A DNA stretch of 64,000 nucleotides. Source: a virus. How positions within the stretch are numbered: the first letter of the stretch is position 1; every line of letters begins with the position of its first letter. Both the position numbers and the translations under genes were made by a program. Location of the stretch: positions 7,882 to 71,881 of IMG/VR virus record IMGVR_UViG_3300037882_000456. One strand, given 5' to 3'. Positions 20,178 through 30,065 of the stretch are shown one piece after another. Under the pieces are notes generated by a model that was given only the letters and a program-made list of their open reading frames with translations, made no database searches and had not been told where the DNA came from.

Positions 20178-22225
20178 ACTAGGATTATATCACTTTCTAC
20201 CATCTCATCCACGGAACCCAGGCCTGGAATCTCACAGACATCGGTGGTGCAATACTTGTCGCCTTCTGCTTCCTTGCCATTGGCGTAGAGCAGCGAGTGA
20301 TCAACCCTCTGCAACTTTCCGATGTACGACTCGTACTGCTCTTGTGTTATTTGGGTATAGGGCTGCTGCTTGTACACCCCGCCCATTGGCAGGAAGGAAA
20401 CCGTCTTTAGTTTGCCTTCGTACATCTTTAGGACCGTGGCGATGTGCTTACCCTCGGTTTCAGGATCAAACGAGACGGTAACCGAAACGGAGTTGTCTGC
20501 CCAATAACGCTGAGTCTCAGAGGCTAGAGCAATCTTCTCGAAGATCGTAACCTCGCGCTCGCTGCGCTTGTTGTCAGAGTGAATCGGGAAGTACGCAACC
20601 TTTGTGTTAGCGGAAACGAGATCGTCCTCTACCGTGTACCCTGCGCCTTCAAGCGCGTGAACGATTGGCTCATCCTTAGAGAATCGGACGGCGCGGAGGA
20701 AGTATTCACCACCGGGCGTCCAGTGAACACCAGGGGAAGCGCCAGATAGCAGCGAGACAGTCCCAGACGGCTTCACAGTGGTCGTTTTAATTGACTCGCG
20801 GATTCCTAGCCATTCCGAATACTTCTTGTCTAGAATCTGAACGTAGTCGTACCCCTCGTTAAACCACTCGCGCAGAGTTGTCAGCCCGTGAATATCGGAG
20901 AACTGAGAAATGCCAGTCATTGAAGTTCCAATGCGGCGGTTGCGCTGAATGACAGCGTTCGTCTCGGGCCAGTGTGTCGGCAAGAGGGTGATCGACTTGG
21001 CGTAGAGGTACGCGAACTTTAGCGTGCGCTGCAAGTCCTCTGCGTCATCGATGTTGTTCAAATGGATCTCAACGAGGTTGCACAACTCGTATGACTCCAA
21101 GGTAATCTCAGCGCAAGGGTTCGTGCCCTTCGCGCGGGAATCCTTGTAGTTGGGAGGATCAACCATGCGACCATACTCCTGCGATGTGTCCAGCCACATA
21201 AAGCCCGGTTCGCCATTATTCAGGATTCTCTCTGCTGCGTCCTCGTAGTTCGGGACAGAGTCCTTGTCTAGGCTGAGAGTGTTGTTAGACATCCAGCCCC
21301 AGCCTGTCTTGAAGTGATTGCGCTCAGGGAAAACCTCTTCGCTTTTCAAGTCGATGAAGTAGGTGTCTGCCGTAGAACCAAGGGCAATCGTAGCCGAGCG
21401 GCGAACGTTGCCAGCAACGACACAGGTTCCAATGAGGTTCACCGTGTCAACGATTGCACGCGAGTCGAAACGCTCGCCTACACGACCACCGATAACCCTA
21501 CGAAGATCTTCGTGCAACTTGTACAGGGGCTCCATGCCAGAAGAGGTTCCACCGAATCCGCGAATGGGCGCACCCGCTGGGCGGATCAAGGAGTAATCAA
21601 ATTCCTGTGGGCGACCATCGGTACGAAGCAAAGAGTTCACCAGGAGGCGCACGCTCTCAGCCCAACCCTCACGAGAGTCAGGGATCACATAGGTCTGAAC
21701 TTCACCCTCAGGCTTGCGAATCGTAATGTTCTTGTTCTCGCCGCGAGTGTCGAAACCGACACCGATTCCGCACATGAGAGCATCTGCAACCCAGCCAAAG
21801 ATAGCGCCAGGATCGTTGCGCGTCATATCGTCAGTGGAAATAAAAGAGCAGTTGTAGAGGGCAGCGGTCAGGCCACGCTCGTGTACCGCTTCGGTGCCAG
21901 TAACCCACAAGCCTCTTCCGGGCGGGGTCCACTTTAGGTTGAACATCCTGTCGAATGCTTCCTGCGCGCTAGCCTGCGCCTTCCTGTCGTTCCAGGGTAG
22001 TCGATTGGACTTACACCAGTCCTTTTGGATCGAGTACATTCCTTCGATCACTCGGCGGCACACCTCAGGCCACGTTTCCTTCGTTCCATCGGCCTTTACA
22101 CGGGAATATGTCCTGATGAAGATCAGTTCTCCGACAGAGTTTCCTCCTGCGTCCGTATTGCCCCACGGTGTCTCGATTACCCCGTAAGGGGCCATAAATT
22201 CGTCAGAGAGTCTGAAAGTCAACAA
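20174..22225 (-). CDS. nrdJ: Class II (B12-dependent) ribonucleotide reductase, monomeric RTPR type
   Basis: 'RTYSR', 'PPGRGLW', 'NC', 'GNVRRSA', 'TNPCAE', 'CNL', 'KPSGTVS', C-terminal C-x4-C. Confidence 0.95.
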   Translation of the reverse strand: MLTFRLSDEFMAPYGVIETPWGNTDAGGNSVGELIFIRTYSRVKADGTKETWPEVCRRVIEGMYSIQKDWCKSNRLPWNDRKAQASAQEAFDRMFNLKWTPPGRGLWVTGTEAVHERGLTAALYNCSFISTDDMTRNDPGAIFGWVADALMCGIGVGFDTRGENKNITIRKPEGEVQTYVIPDSREGWAESVRLLVNSLLRTDGRPQEFDYSLIRPAGAPIRGFGGTSSGMEPLYKLHEDLRRVIGGRVGERFDSRAIVDTVNLIGTCVVAGNVRRSATIALGSTADTYFIDLKSEEVFPERNHFKTGWGWMSNNTLSLDKDSVPNYEDAAERILNNGEPGFMWLDTSQEYGRMVDPPNYKDSRAKGTNPCAEITLESYELCNLVEIHLNNIDDAEDLQRTLKFAYLYAKSITLLPTHWPETNAVIQRNRRIGTSMTGISQFSDIHGLTTLREWFNEGYDYVQILDKKYSEWLGIRESIKTTTVKPSGTVSLLSGASPGVHWTPGGEYFLRAVRFSKDEPIVHALEGAGYTVEDDLVSANTKVAYFPIHSDNKRSEREVTIFEKIALASETQRYWADNSVSVTVSFDPETEGKHIATVLKMYEGKLKTVSFLPMGGVYKQQPYTQITQEQYESYIGKLQRVDHSLLYANGKEAEGDKYCTTDVCEIPGLGSVDEMVESDIILV

Positions 22226-22571
22226 GTTGTCACGTTCCTTTTCTGCCCTGTACGCAGGGCGACGGTAAGAGTAATGTAACCATCATACCATCACTCTTTC
22301 CTGAGTGCAAGTAGTTCGTGCGTGGCGAAAGATGGCTGAATGTAACGATTGTGTAACGCCGCGGCGACGGCGGGCGGCCTGGAAAGAAGCATTCGAAAAG
22401 CAGCAATAAGGACTTGACATCGAGAAACCACTGTGCTACAATCTTCTTTATAAGAAGCACTTAGGATCCTAAGGATCTAAACAAAGATCATAATGATCTA
22501 CTAGAATCAGATAGGATCTTACCATTAGATTACGAGTAAATACGCCAGACGTTCTCAGAGCCTTCAACACT

Positions 22572-22754
22572 GTGAAGGCAACTCTATCATGCCCTATGGA
22601 CGAAGGTCAACTTGAACCGCGCGTCACATACGAGGATGATGTGGAGATCTACTGCCTCTCTTGCTCATGGAAGCAGACGCTGGGCCTTGATGCTGTCCAC
22701 AACCTCGTCAACCTTGCCGATGTGACCTCCGTCACGCCCTTGACTTCTGACTGA
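22572..22754 (+). CDS. Small Zn-ribbon-like protein
   Basis: CPMD...CLSC. Confidence 0.55.
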   Translation: MKATLSCPMDEGQLEPRVTYEDDVEIYCLSCSWKQTLGLDAVHNLVNLADVTSVTPLTSD

Positions 22755-22801
22755 ATCCATGGTAGGATAGATCCCATGTTCCCAAACATAAGGGAGGTAA
22801 C

Positions 22802-23425
22802 ATGCGATATGAGAAAACTAGACAGGCATTCGTCACCATCACGGCCAGCGCACTTATTGCTGCTGGTCTTGTTAGTTTCGGGCCTGCGACGACAGCGACA
22901 CCAGTTGAGCCAAACGCACCGATCCAGTCCGTCAGGGCTGCGACACACGAGGGGCACCAAAGGGTTTCGCGTTCATCTACCCGCGTAGCACCGCCGCAAG
23001 TGAAGAAGAACATTGTGGTGAAAAAGAAGGCTGTGAAGCCTACTAAAAAGGTCGTCAAGAAGAAGAAGTCTATCAGCAAGTCGAGCGCAACCCACACGGC
23101 AAGCGGTAGGAAGATGACGACAAGTTCTGCTGGCAACAGGGCGTTGGGTAAAAAGATGGCAGCATCCAGAGGTTGGACGGGCAGGCAGTGGTATTGCCTA
23201 GAAGATCTTTGGAGCCACGAGTCTCAGTGGTCTACTACGTCGGGTTCGACAAGTAAGGCCTATGGGATTCCTCAGGCACTTCCAGGTACGAAGATGGCTA
23301 CAGCCGGATCAGACTGGAAGAGCAACCCTGCTACACAGATCAAGTGGGGCTTTAAGTACATCAGTGGCCGATACGGGACTCCTTGCGGAGCCTGGGGTCA
23401 TTTCCAGTCACACGGCTGGTACTGA
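22802..23425 (+). CDS. Secreted lytic transglycosylase (SLT-like)
   Basis: Signal peptide, Lys-rich linker, 'CL..LW.HES.W', 'AYGIPQALP', 'NPATQI.WG..YI..RYG.PC.AW......GWY'. Confidence 0.9.
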   Translation: MRYEKTRQAFVTITASALIAAGLVSFGPATTATPVEPNAPIQSVRAATHEGHQRVSRSSTRVAPPQVKKNIVVKKKAVKPTKKVVKKKKSISKSSATHTASGRKMTTSSAGNRALGKKMAASRGWTGRQWYCLEDLWSHESQWSTTSGSTSKAYGIPQALPGTKMATAGSDWKSNPATQIKWGFKYISGRYGTPCGAWGHFQSHGWY

Positions 23426-23457
23426 TGCTATAATCGTATAGACCGAGAGGAAATGCG

Positions 23458-24048
23458 TTGACCATCATTGTCGCCGTCGAACATAAGGACGGCGTAGTAG
23501 TTGCCTGCGACAGTCAAGTTACCGATACGGGAACGTCGTTCTTGATGCATAAGTCGCAGAAGAAGGTCGGCCACCGAGGTCCATACATTATCGGAACGGC
23601 AGGTCGTTTGCGTACTGGGCAAGTCCTATTGAACGCAGACGATCTGCCTGTTCCTGATGAGAACCTAAACGATGACGAACTTAACCGATTTATGATCACG
23701 AAGTTCGCGCACGCAGCACAGGAAGCCATGAAGGATTCGGGAACCGAGCAGGTTCTTGATCACGAGCGCCTGCTGACTGAATCCGAATTGATCGTCTGTG
23801 TACAGGGCCGCTCCTACATGATTGGTGAGGATTACTCTGTCATGCGCGCAGGAGACGAGTCGAAGGTAGCCAACGGTATTGCTATTGCTGGCTCTGGGTT
23901 CAAGTTTGCTCTTGGAGCCTACTACGCACTCTCCCTCCGCAATCGAAAGATGGATCCTGTTGAGGTTGCTACGACGATGGTTGAGGCTGCTTTACGCTGG
24001 GATCAGTATTGTGGCGGCGACATTGAGGTTCACGAACAGCCGAAGTGA
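23458..24048 (+). CDS. Proteasome beta/HslV-like Ntn protease
   Basis: Thr at position 2, 'VVVACDSQ', conserved K, 'AGSG..FALGA', 'D..CGG'. Confidence 0.8.
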   Translation: MTIIVAVEHKDGVVVACDSQVTDTGTSFLMHKSQKKVGHRGPYIIGTAGRLRTGQVLLNADDLPVPDENLNDDELNRFMITKFAHAAQEAMKDSGTEQVLDHERLLTESELIVCVQGRSYMIGEDYSVMRAGDESKVANGIAIAGSGFKFALGAYYALSLRNRKMDPVEVATTMVEAALRWDQYCGGDIEVHEQPK

Positions 24049-24084
24049 CTTGACAGATCTTTTTCTGTCGTGTACGATGGTCGC

Positions 24085-24492
24085 ATGAAACAATACTTCC
24101 TGATCACAGGTTCACGGGACTGGCCGAACGATCCAGTCAGCGTGAAGATCATTACAGACAAACTTGACTCTCATCTGCGCTGGCATCCAGACACGGTGAT
24201 GATTAACGGTCGGTGCCCAACGGGTGTCGATCAGATCTGCTACGAGTGGGCCATTCTCAATAAGGTTGAACTGCTGACGTACCCTGCCGAGTGGGAGAAG
24301 TACGGGAAGGCAGCAGGCCCTAAGCGCAACATGGAGATGTTGCAAATGCTTATGTCCAAGAAGTCGTCCATTGTTTACGCGTTCTTCTACGGCGATCCTG
24401 CGACCTCTCGCGGTACTGCCAACATGGTTCGCGCCTGCCGAATGCAGGGAATCGAGCCAACAGAGAAGGTGCTACCTCGTGTACAAGTATAA
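24085..24492 (+). CDS. SLOG-family (DUF2493-like) protein
   Basis: 'ITGSRDW', 'GVD', 'YGKAAGPKRN..M', 'SRGTANM'; leaderless start MKQ. Confidence 0.8.
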   Translation: MKQYFLITGSRDWPNDPVSVKIITDKLDSHLRWHPDTVMINGRCPTGVDQICYEWAILNKVELLTYPAEWEKYGKAAGPKRNMEMLQMLMSKKSSIVYAFFYGDPATSRGTANMVRACRMQGIEPTEKVLPRVQV

Positions 24493-24838
24493 GGCTAAGT
24501 TAGTTAGAGTTGTAGATGGCGACACAATCATTCTAAACTTCGATCTGGGATTTCAGATCCATGTGGAGAAGCGAGTTCGACTGGCAGAGATTGACGCTGT
24601 TGAGCGCAAGGACGATCCCGAGCGACTCGCCACGATTGCTGTGCAAAAGTGGTTTGAGGGTACGAATAACGAGTGCTTCGTCTCAACAACCCTTGACAAG
24701 ACTGACAAGTATGGTCGGGTGATTGGTGTTGTCACTCAGACGTACATCGGCAAGGACAATATCGCTGACCAACCGAACCTTAGTTACCATATGGTTGATC
24801 TTGGCTACGCCTCATTTAAGGATTACGGCATCGTCTGA
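24479..24838 (+). CDS. Thermonuclease/SNase-like nuclease
   Basis: 'RVVDGDT', 'RVRLAEIDAVE', 'DKYGR'. Confidence 0.85.
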   Translation: MYKYKAKLVRVVDGDTIILNFDLGFQIHVEKRVRLAEIDAVERKDDPERLATIAVQKWFEGTNNECFVSTTLDKTDKYGRVIGVVTQTYIGKDNIADQPNLSYHMVDLGYASFKDYGIV

Positions 24839-25023
24839 TGGATATGACACCCGCCGAAGAAGATCTTTGGACTTGGACAGATAAGCAGGGCTTGGAGGTT
24901 CTCCAGTCTGCCTTTCTCAAACTAGAACTTGGGATGGCGACCTCAGAAGAACAGATCGTTATGGCAGAGTTTATGAAGAAGTTAAGGAATCTACTTAGAG
25001 AGGGCTCTGATGCCGAAATTTAG
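24838..25023 (+). CDS. Hypothetical protein
   Basis: Coupled 61 aa ORF. Confidence 0.55.
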   Translation: MDMTPAEEDLWTWTDKQGLEVLQSAFLKLELGMATSEEQIVMAEFMKKLRNLLREGSDAEI

Positions 25024-25351
25024 AAAGCGCCCGGTGGTTATCGAGGCTGTTCAACTACGTTGGGACAACTGGAACGAAATGTGCGAGTTTGCCAATGTTG
25101 GTCATCTCGAAGCCGGTCAACCTCAGGGTTGCTACGTTCAAGAGGACGGCACTGGAAGTATCGACTCCGTTACGGATACCATTGGCCTCCACATCCCCAC
25201 CCTTGAAGGCCTCATGCTGGGTATTGAGAACGATTGGATCATTCGCGGGGTGCAGGGTGAACTTTACCCCTGTAAGCCAGACATCTTTGAGCAAACGTAC
25301 GAGGCTGTAGACGAGAGCAAGATCCTTGGTAAGGCAGAGGTTCGTGGCTAA
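25010..25351 (+). CDS. Conserved phage protein
   Basis: 'KFRKRPVVIEAVQ...IPTLEG...DWII.G..GE.YPCKPDIFEQTY'. Confidence 0.75.
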   Translation: MPKFRKRPVVIEAVQLRWDNWNEMCEFANVGHLEAGQPQGCYVQEDGTGSIDSVTDTIGLHIPTLEGLMLGIENDWIIRGVQGELYPCKPDIFEQTYEAVDESKILGKAEVRG

Positions 25352-25679
25352 GAAAAAGTCTGAGAAAGAATCTGCAAAGTCCTTTTGGGAGGACATTAAG
25401 CGCACCGCCGACGAGTTTGACAAGCAGAACCCAGTCGTTGACACGAAGTACATCGTGGTTGAGGGCTGGTATGCGGGAAACGAGTACGACTACAACATTG
25501 ACTGGTTCAAGTGGAAAGAATACGAATTTGACTCGCTTGATGCCCGCGAAGAGTGGGTTGGTGAGCACGAGCCAGACAGAGGACACGAGTTTCGTCTAGC
25601 AAAGCAAGACGTTCGTAAGTTTCACCCGAAGCCCTACACAAGCCGAACGCCTATGACCTGGGAGCGCACGAATGACTAA
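25344..25679 (+). CDS. Hypothetical protein
   Basis: GTG start after AGAGG; overlaps thyX start. Confidence 0.55.
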   Translation: MAKKKSEKESAKSFWEDIKRTADEFDKQNPVVDTKYIVVEGWYAGNEYDYNIDWFKWKEYEFDSLDAREEWVGEHEPDRGHEFRLAKQDVRKFHPKPYTSRTPMTWERTND

Positions 25680-26367
25680 GATTGATGTTCTTGACAAGGG
25701 GTATGTCCGTCTGGTAGACTCCATGGGCGATGACCTCCGTATCGTCAACGCAGCCCGTGTGTCCTACGACAAGGCCTCAACTAATTGGGGTGACCGAGAC
25801 GCTAGCCTACTTTCTTTCCTCATGCGAGAGGGGCACACAAGCGTCCTGAGGCATGCATCGTTTACCTTTGAGTGCTACGCACCGCTCATGGTTGCTCGTC
25901 AATGGTATAAGCATGCTGTCGGATCGACGTATCTGGAAGATCAGAACGGTTGGAACGAATCTAGTCGCAGGTATGTGACTGAGAATGAGGAATTCTACGT
26001 TCCTACCGAGTGGCGATCCAAGCCAGAGAACTCCAAGCAGGGTTCCGGCTTTGGAGAGATTGCAGAGTCTGATATGGTAGAAAACTGGACAGGCGTTTTG
26101 GAGTCGTATCAGAGGTTCGGTACCAGTCTTTACGAAGAGGCTATGCGAGTTGGCATCGCTCCCGAGCAGGCAAGGCTGTTTCTACCCGCTAATGGGCTGT
26201 ATGTCCGATTCTACTGGACAACCAGCCTAGCAGCACTCATCCATTTTCTGAATCTTCGAGACGAAAGTCATGCACAGTACGAAATTCAACTATACGCGAA
26301 GGCACTCCGTGAACTTTCGGAGCCCATCTTCCCTGAAACCTTCAAGGCGGTGTTTGGTGAAGGTTAA
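25672..26367 (+). CDS. thyX: Flavin-dependent thymidylate synthase
   Basis: 'AARVSY', 'H.S', 'ARQW..H', 'NE.SRRY', 'EQAR..LP', 'HAQYEI'. Confidence 0.95.
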   Translation: MTKIDVLDKGYVRLVDSMGDDLRIVNAARVSYDKASTNWGDRDASLLSFLMREGHTSVLRHASFTFECYAPLMVARQWYKHAVGSTYLEDQNGWNESSRRYVTENEEFYVPTEWRSKPENSKQGSGFGEIAESDMVENWTGVLESYQRFGTSLYEEAMRVGIAPEQARLFLPANGLYVRFYWTTSLAALIHFLNLRDESHAQYEIQLYAKALRELSEPIFPETFKAVFGEG

Positions 26368-26707
26368 ACTGATGGGTGGCCCTTCGATGGGAAAGGTTGT
26401 CGAACTCCCAAACTCGTCCGTGAGAGATCAGAGGTTCTACGTTGCATGGTCGAATCCTGCTGCGGCGCAGTGGAGTCGGTTCGATATTGCGCCCACCACA
26501 GACATTTTGGTGCAGCGAGGCTACTATAAGCCCTCTCGCGTGCGCGGGGTGTGGACATTTGTAGGCGACTACAAGGCTGACCCCTGGGTTTCCTTTGACA
26601 GGAGGTACAAGAAGTGGAAAAGAGAAGTCAATCGTCTTTCTAAAGACGGCGTTTTCGCTGATACCGTCATTCCACCACGACCAATTCCACCTGGGAGGAA
26701 CCCATGA
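26357..26707 (+). CDS. Hypothetical protein
   Basis: Likely start MKVKLMGGP. Confidence 0.55.
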   Translation: MKVKLMGGPSMGKVVELPNSSVRDQRFYVAWSNPAAAQWSRFDIAPTTDILVQRGYYKPSRVRGVWTFVGDYKADPWVSFDRRYKKWKREVNRLSKDGVFADTVIPPRPIPPGRNP

Positions 26708-26895
26708 GAGAAGCAATAGGTAGTATCACGTATTTCGTCGTCATTTTGCTGATGTCGCTGATCCTAACTGTGACATTGGTCACTTATTTGTGGCTAGTTG
26801 TCCTTATGGCAGCAGCACTTGGCATCTGGACGCTCATTCCTGCGATCCTGTTCCCCGCCGGGTGCATTTGGGCAGCGTATAAGGTTGCTCAGTGA
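26704..26895 (+). CDS. Small membrane protein
   Basis: Hydrophobic 63 aa, ATGA coupling. Confidence 0.6.
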   Translation: MREAIGSITYFVVILLMSLILTVTLVTYLWLVVLMAAALGIWTLIPAILFPAGCIWAAYKVAQ

Positions 26896-27122
26896 TAGAA
26901 ACCAAGACCGCTCTCATTGGTCAGCACAGTAGCGCCCTGCATTGGTGCCGTGAGCACGATATCAATCCAAGGGACAGAAGCATCATCATGGTTACGTCTG
27001 TAAGAGACGTTCAAGGGTACGCCTGCAAGATCGAGCCGATCTTCCTGACGCCTCCGCTCCCTAGCGTGATCGAAGCCGAAGTATACTGGCAGATCCAGAC
27101 GATCAACGCGAGATATAGGTGA
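26892..27122 (+). CDS. Hypothetical protein
   Basis: Coupled ORF. Confidence 0.55.
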   Translation: MIETKTALIGQHSSALHWCREHDINPRDRSIIMVTSVRDVQGYACKIEPIFLTPPLPSVIEAEVYWQIQTINARYR

Positions 27123-27388
27123 ACACAGCGGTCCAGTTCCTCCTTGCGGCAGGGTCCATCTACGGGCTCTGGCTTGTGTCGAAGAATCCTAAGGCTGGAT
27201 GGCGCTGGTGTGCTGTCATGGAGATTCCTTGGACCATCTGGGCCATATCGGTTGACGCATGGGGGTTCATGGTGCTATGCTGGGTCTATGGCGGCATCTA
27301 CGTCCACAACCTAGTGAAGGCGTCCCGTCCCCAACCGCGAACATGGCGTGAAACCACACCCGAAGAAGAGGAGGCCGACGTATGGTAA
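27119..27388 (+). CDS. Three-helix PnuC-like membrane protein
   Basis: 'G.I.GLWL..K....GW...........W..WA......G' pattern. Confidence 0.5.
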   Translation: MNTAVQFLLAAGSIYGLWLVSKNPKAGWRWCAVMEIPWTIWAISVDAWGFMVLCWVYGGIYVHNLVKASRPQPRTWRETTPEEEEADVW

Positions 27389-27537
27389 AGTCCCGCGAAA
27401 GTAGGGCATCCTGTGCATCCTGTGGGCATGATAAGGAGATTCATCTTCACTATCGGAACGGTACAGACTGTTCTACCCTTGGATGCAACTGTTTTAGATA
27501 TCGAAAAATAGGGTGGTGGAAGCGACTATGGCGTTAA
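27382..27537 (+). CDS. 51-aa Cys/His protein (not in ORF track)
   Basis: GAGGAGG RBS; CASCGH...H...C....CNC. Confidence 0.55.
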   Translation: MVKSRESRASCASCGHDKEIHLHYRNGTDCSTLGCNCFRYRKIGWWKRLWR

Positions 27538-27815
27538 CGACAAGATCTCGTAGAATCGACTACATGGTAGTCGGAAGTCATATGTGGGATGCGGAACGGT
27601 GGGTTAAGACCCGTCTAGGCGAAACTAAGGTGACCACTGATGGCAAAGCCATTACTGTCTATGACACTACGCGCATACCGTATACCTTCGGTGAAATTGT
27701 CGGTAACGTTTGGGCCACAGCGCGCACAGGAGACTATATCTTGCATAACGGCTATGGTCAGTTCAGAATTCTGAATAAGGCTCAATTCGACTATTGGTAT
27801 GAGGAAAAAGAATGA
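27528..27815 (+). CDS. Hypothetical protein
   Basis: 'A..GDYI......F......F...YE'. Confidence 0.55.
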   Translation: MALTTRSRRIDYMVVGSHMWDAERWVKTRLGETKVTTDGKAITVYDTTRIPYTFGEIVGNVWATARTGDYILHNGYGQFRILNKAQFDYWYEEKE

Positions 27816-28075
27816 TCACATTGACTACGAATGAAGATGGAACCGTAACCTATGAGTGGCCTGAGGGTCTAGTCTCGGCACCTATCTCAGAAGAACTGTT
27901 TGCCCTGCTCGTAAAGGCCCACAACCAAAACATCAAGTTAACTAGGGATTCTATCCGACTTAACTCTGCTGGATGGAAAATCGCGGAGGCGCTCGGAAAA
28001 GTAGGACCCGACGATGATGAAATTGAAACAGACCTAGAAGAAGATTTAGACGAACTGATTAGGAGAGCACAGTGA
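27812..28075 (+). CDS. Hypothetical protein
   Basis: Coupled ORF. Confidence 0.55.
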   Translation: MITLTTNEDGTVTYEWPEGLVSAPISEELFALLVKAHNQNIKLTRDSIRLNSAGWKIAEALGKVGPDDDEIETDLEEDLDELIRRAQ

Positions 28076-28269
28076 AATTCGTTATTAACCTAGAGCAGGA
28101 TGACCTTGTAGATGACCTAAAGGTTGCTTTGGATCAATTGACGGAACTTGGCTTTGATCTAGACAGCATCACTATCAACAGTTTTAAGTTCAACACTGGC
28201 GGAATCATTCGTCCGAACACGACCGTAACATCCATTCGTAACGGCTGACGCCGTTGGACCGCAATAAGG

Positions 28270-28551
28270 ATGAGCATGAATCAAATGCAGGATCTGCGCG
28301 ACGAATTAGACGAACTTCAACGCGCATTTGACCACCTATGGGAAGAGCATCAGCACTGTGGCTACTCCATGGACTCACCTGAGGTTACCATTGAGGTTAA
28401 TACGCTAGAGCCTAGGTGGGAATTTGCACCTGGACTGGATACCGCCCTGATTTCTACAGCCTCACGCTCAGAAGCGACTGTCACCATTGTTCAAAATGGC
28501 ACAAGGTGGACTCTCACCACAGATAGATGGACAGTGGAGAAACTCTCGTAA
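28270..28551 (+). CDS. Hypothetical protein
   Basis: 93 aa ORF with AAGGA RBS. Confidence 0.5.
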   Translation: MSMNQMQDLRDELDELQRAFDHLWEEHQHCGYSMDSPEVTIEVNTLEPRWEFAPGLDTALISTASRSEATVTIVQNGTRWTLTTDRWTVEKLS

Positions 28552-28682
28552 TATCACACCCGTGATACATTACTTGTATTGGAAATGTTAGAATATTTTG
28601 TTGATGTATGATGACAGTTTAGGGCACCCTTACCCATTCCAGAATAGTGCGCCCTTCGTTATCATTCCGTTACCTAATGGGC

Positions 28683-28717
28683 TTGACTCTGTCGGTGCCT
28701 CATGCTATGGTTACACC
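28683..28717 (+). promoter_or_regulatory. Dual sigmaA / PafBC-type promoter, leaderless
   Basis: TTGACT-N17-TATGGT and TGTCGG-N10-TATGGT; ATG 6 nt after the -10. Confidence 0.75.
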
Positions 28718-28870
28718 ATGAACAACATCGAGAACGTCATCAGGAACATCGAAGCGGCAGACCGTATCGAGCGCGAGTGCGCCGAACGTGTCTCGTCGAT
28801 CCTCCGTACTGCGGTTGAGGAACTTCAATCGCTACAGGATCGCATCGACGCTGGTGAGTTCAATGTCTGA
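28718..28870 (+). CDS. Small early protein MNNIENV...
   Basis: Leaderless start. Confidence 0.6.
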   Translation: MNNIENVIRNIEAADRIERECAERVSSILRTAVEELQSLQDRIDAGEFNV

Positions 28871-28972
28871 TAAGCCTTGCGCTACCGTACGCGGTATGCT
28901 ACGCTCATCGAAAGGCTACATCGAGTGCCCCTGCTGTGGTGCATGGGTATACACAATCAAAGGAATTGAATC

Positions 28973-29155
28973 ATGCTAGATGCTATTGAGGCCCGCGACC
29001 TGTCCACTGGTGACTACCTCACTGCTGGTGTGGTGACTGACATCACCACTGGCCCTACTGGTCTGCTCATGGTAGAGTGTGCTGCCTACCCTGGTAGTGT
29101 CATCACCAACACTGTCACCCTGTCCCCTGTAGATGTGGTGTACATCACATCCTAG
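28973..29155 (+). CDS. Small early protein
   Basis: AAAGGA RBS; 'A.DL..GD' motif. Confidence 0.55.
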   Translation: MLDAIEARDLSTGDYLTAGVVTDITTGPTGLLMVECAAYPGSVITNTVTLSPVDVVYITS

Positions 29156-29223
29156 GGTATTGACATACCCACCCACCCATGCTACCCTATGGGTACAAGG
29201 TCAAACGAACTAAGGAATACACC

Positions 29224-29385
29224 ATGGTACACACTCTCACCCACACCGCCCAGGCTAGTGCTGCCAATGGGTACATGGATACGCTCTCATGCTCCTGTGG
29301 CTGGTCCTACACCGACCCCACCTTCCCATGGCTGGTGTCCTACGCGCGTCAGCACGCCGCCCGTGGTAACGCAGAGTGGGCCTGA
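29224..29385 (+). CDS. Small CxC...H protein
   Basis: Own TTGACA-N17-TACCCT promoter, AAGGA RBS, 'CSCGW...ARQH'. Confidence 0.55.
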   Translation: MVHTLTHTAQASAANGYMDTLSCSCGWSYTDPTFPWLVSYARQHAARGNAEWA

Positions 29386-29608
29386 TATGCGCCTCACCCG
29401 TAGGGCATATGTGCTCATCTACGGTACTGCCCTCATGGTGGGCATGTGGTTCCCATGGGAGAGCATGCCCTGGTATGGGCTAGACCTTAGGTAACAATAT
29501 CGTTACCTAACCATCGGCGTGTCGCCTTGACATACCGGCCCTAGCGGGCAAGACCTTGCCCGAGTGTACACGCGTACACTGTCTTAAGAAGGTCACTCAG
29601 GGTCACCG

Positions 29609-29678
29609 GAGAATCTGTTGCTCTGTATAGGGATACTCACCCTATACCGAGTATCTGTTGCTATATATAGGGATTCTC
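29609..29678. repeat. Two 30-bp units (GAGAATC-core-GATTCTC), 40-bp period
   Basis: 29609-29638 and 29649-29678. Confidence 0.85.
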
Positions 29679-29760
29679 ACCTTCGCATATGGTCACACAG
29701 GGTAGCATCTAGCGTTACACAAACGTTACATAAAATGTCCGGTATATGCCCATTCTAGAG

Positions 29761-29795
29761 TTGATTCTGTCAGACCCCCATGCTATGATCATTCC
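29761..29795 (+). promoter_or_regulatory. PafBC-type promoter, leaderless
   Basis: TGTCAG-N10-TATGAT-N6-ATG; also TTGATT-N17. Confidence 0.7.
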
Positions 29796-30065
29796 ATGAT
29801 AGAGATTAGCAAGCAAGCAAGCACCCTAGCGGTGGCCCTCCCCTCATCGTGCGAGATCATGGTGAAGGGCGTTCCTACCCTAGTCCGTATCCACAACGCA
29901 AAGCGCGTTGGTCAGATTTGGGCCTTTGGTATGGACCCCGCCGTGGAAACGGTAGCCATTGTGGACGGCGTTCACTATGGAAAGATCGTCGGGAAGGTCG
30001 GCCCCATCGCGCGGTTCGATTACCTTGACGTTGTGGAAATGCTCATTCCTGAGGGGGTGATTTGA
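29796..30065 (+). CDS. Early hypothetical protein
   Basis: Leaderless start. Confidence 0.6.
   Translation: MIEISKQASTLAVALPSSCEIMVKGVPTLVRIHNAKRVGQIWAFGMDPAVETVAIVDGVHYGKIVGKVGPIARFDYLDVVEMLIPEGVI

Noticed and set aside
20174-22225. Intein or intron in nrdJ, thyX or ligase
   Set aside because: ORFs are continuous, of ordinary length, and lack splice-junction motifs.
22230-22400. Cobalamin riboswitch upstream of nrdJ
   Set aside because: No B12-box or recognisable core; the leader after the TTGCAC/TATGAT promoter is short with only one hairpin.
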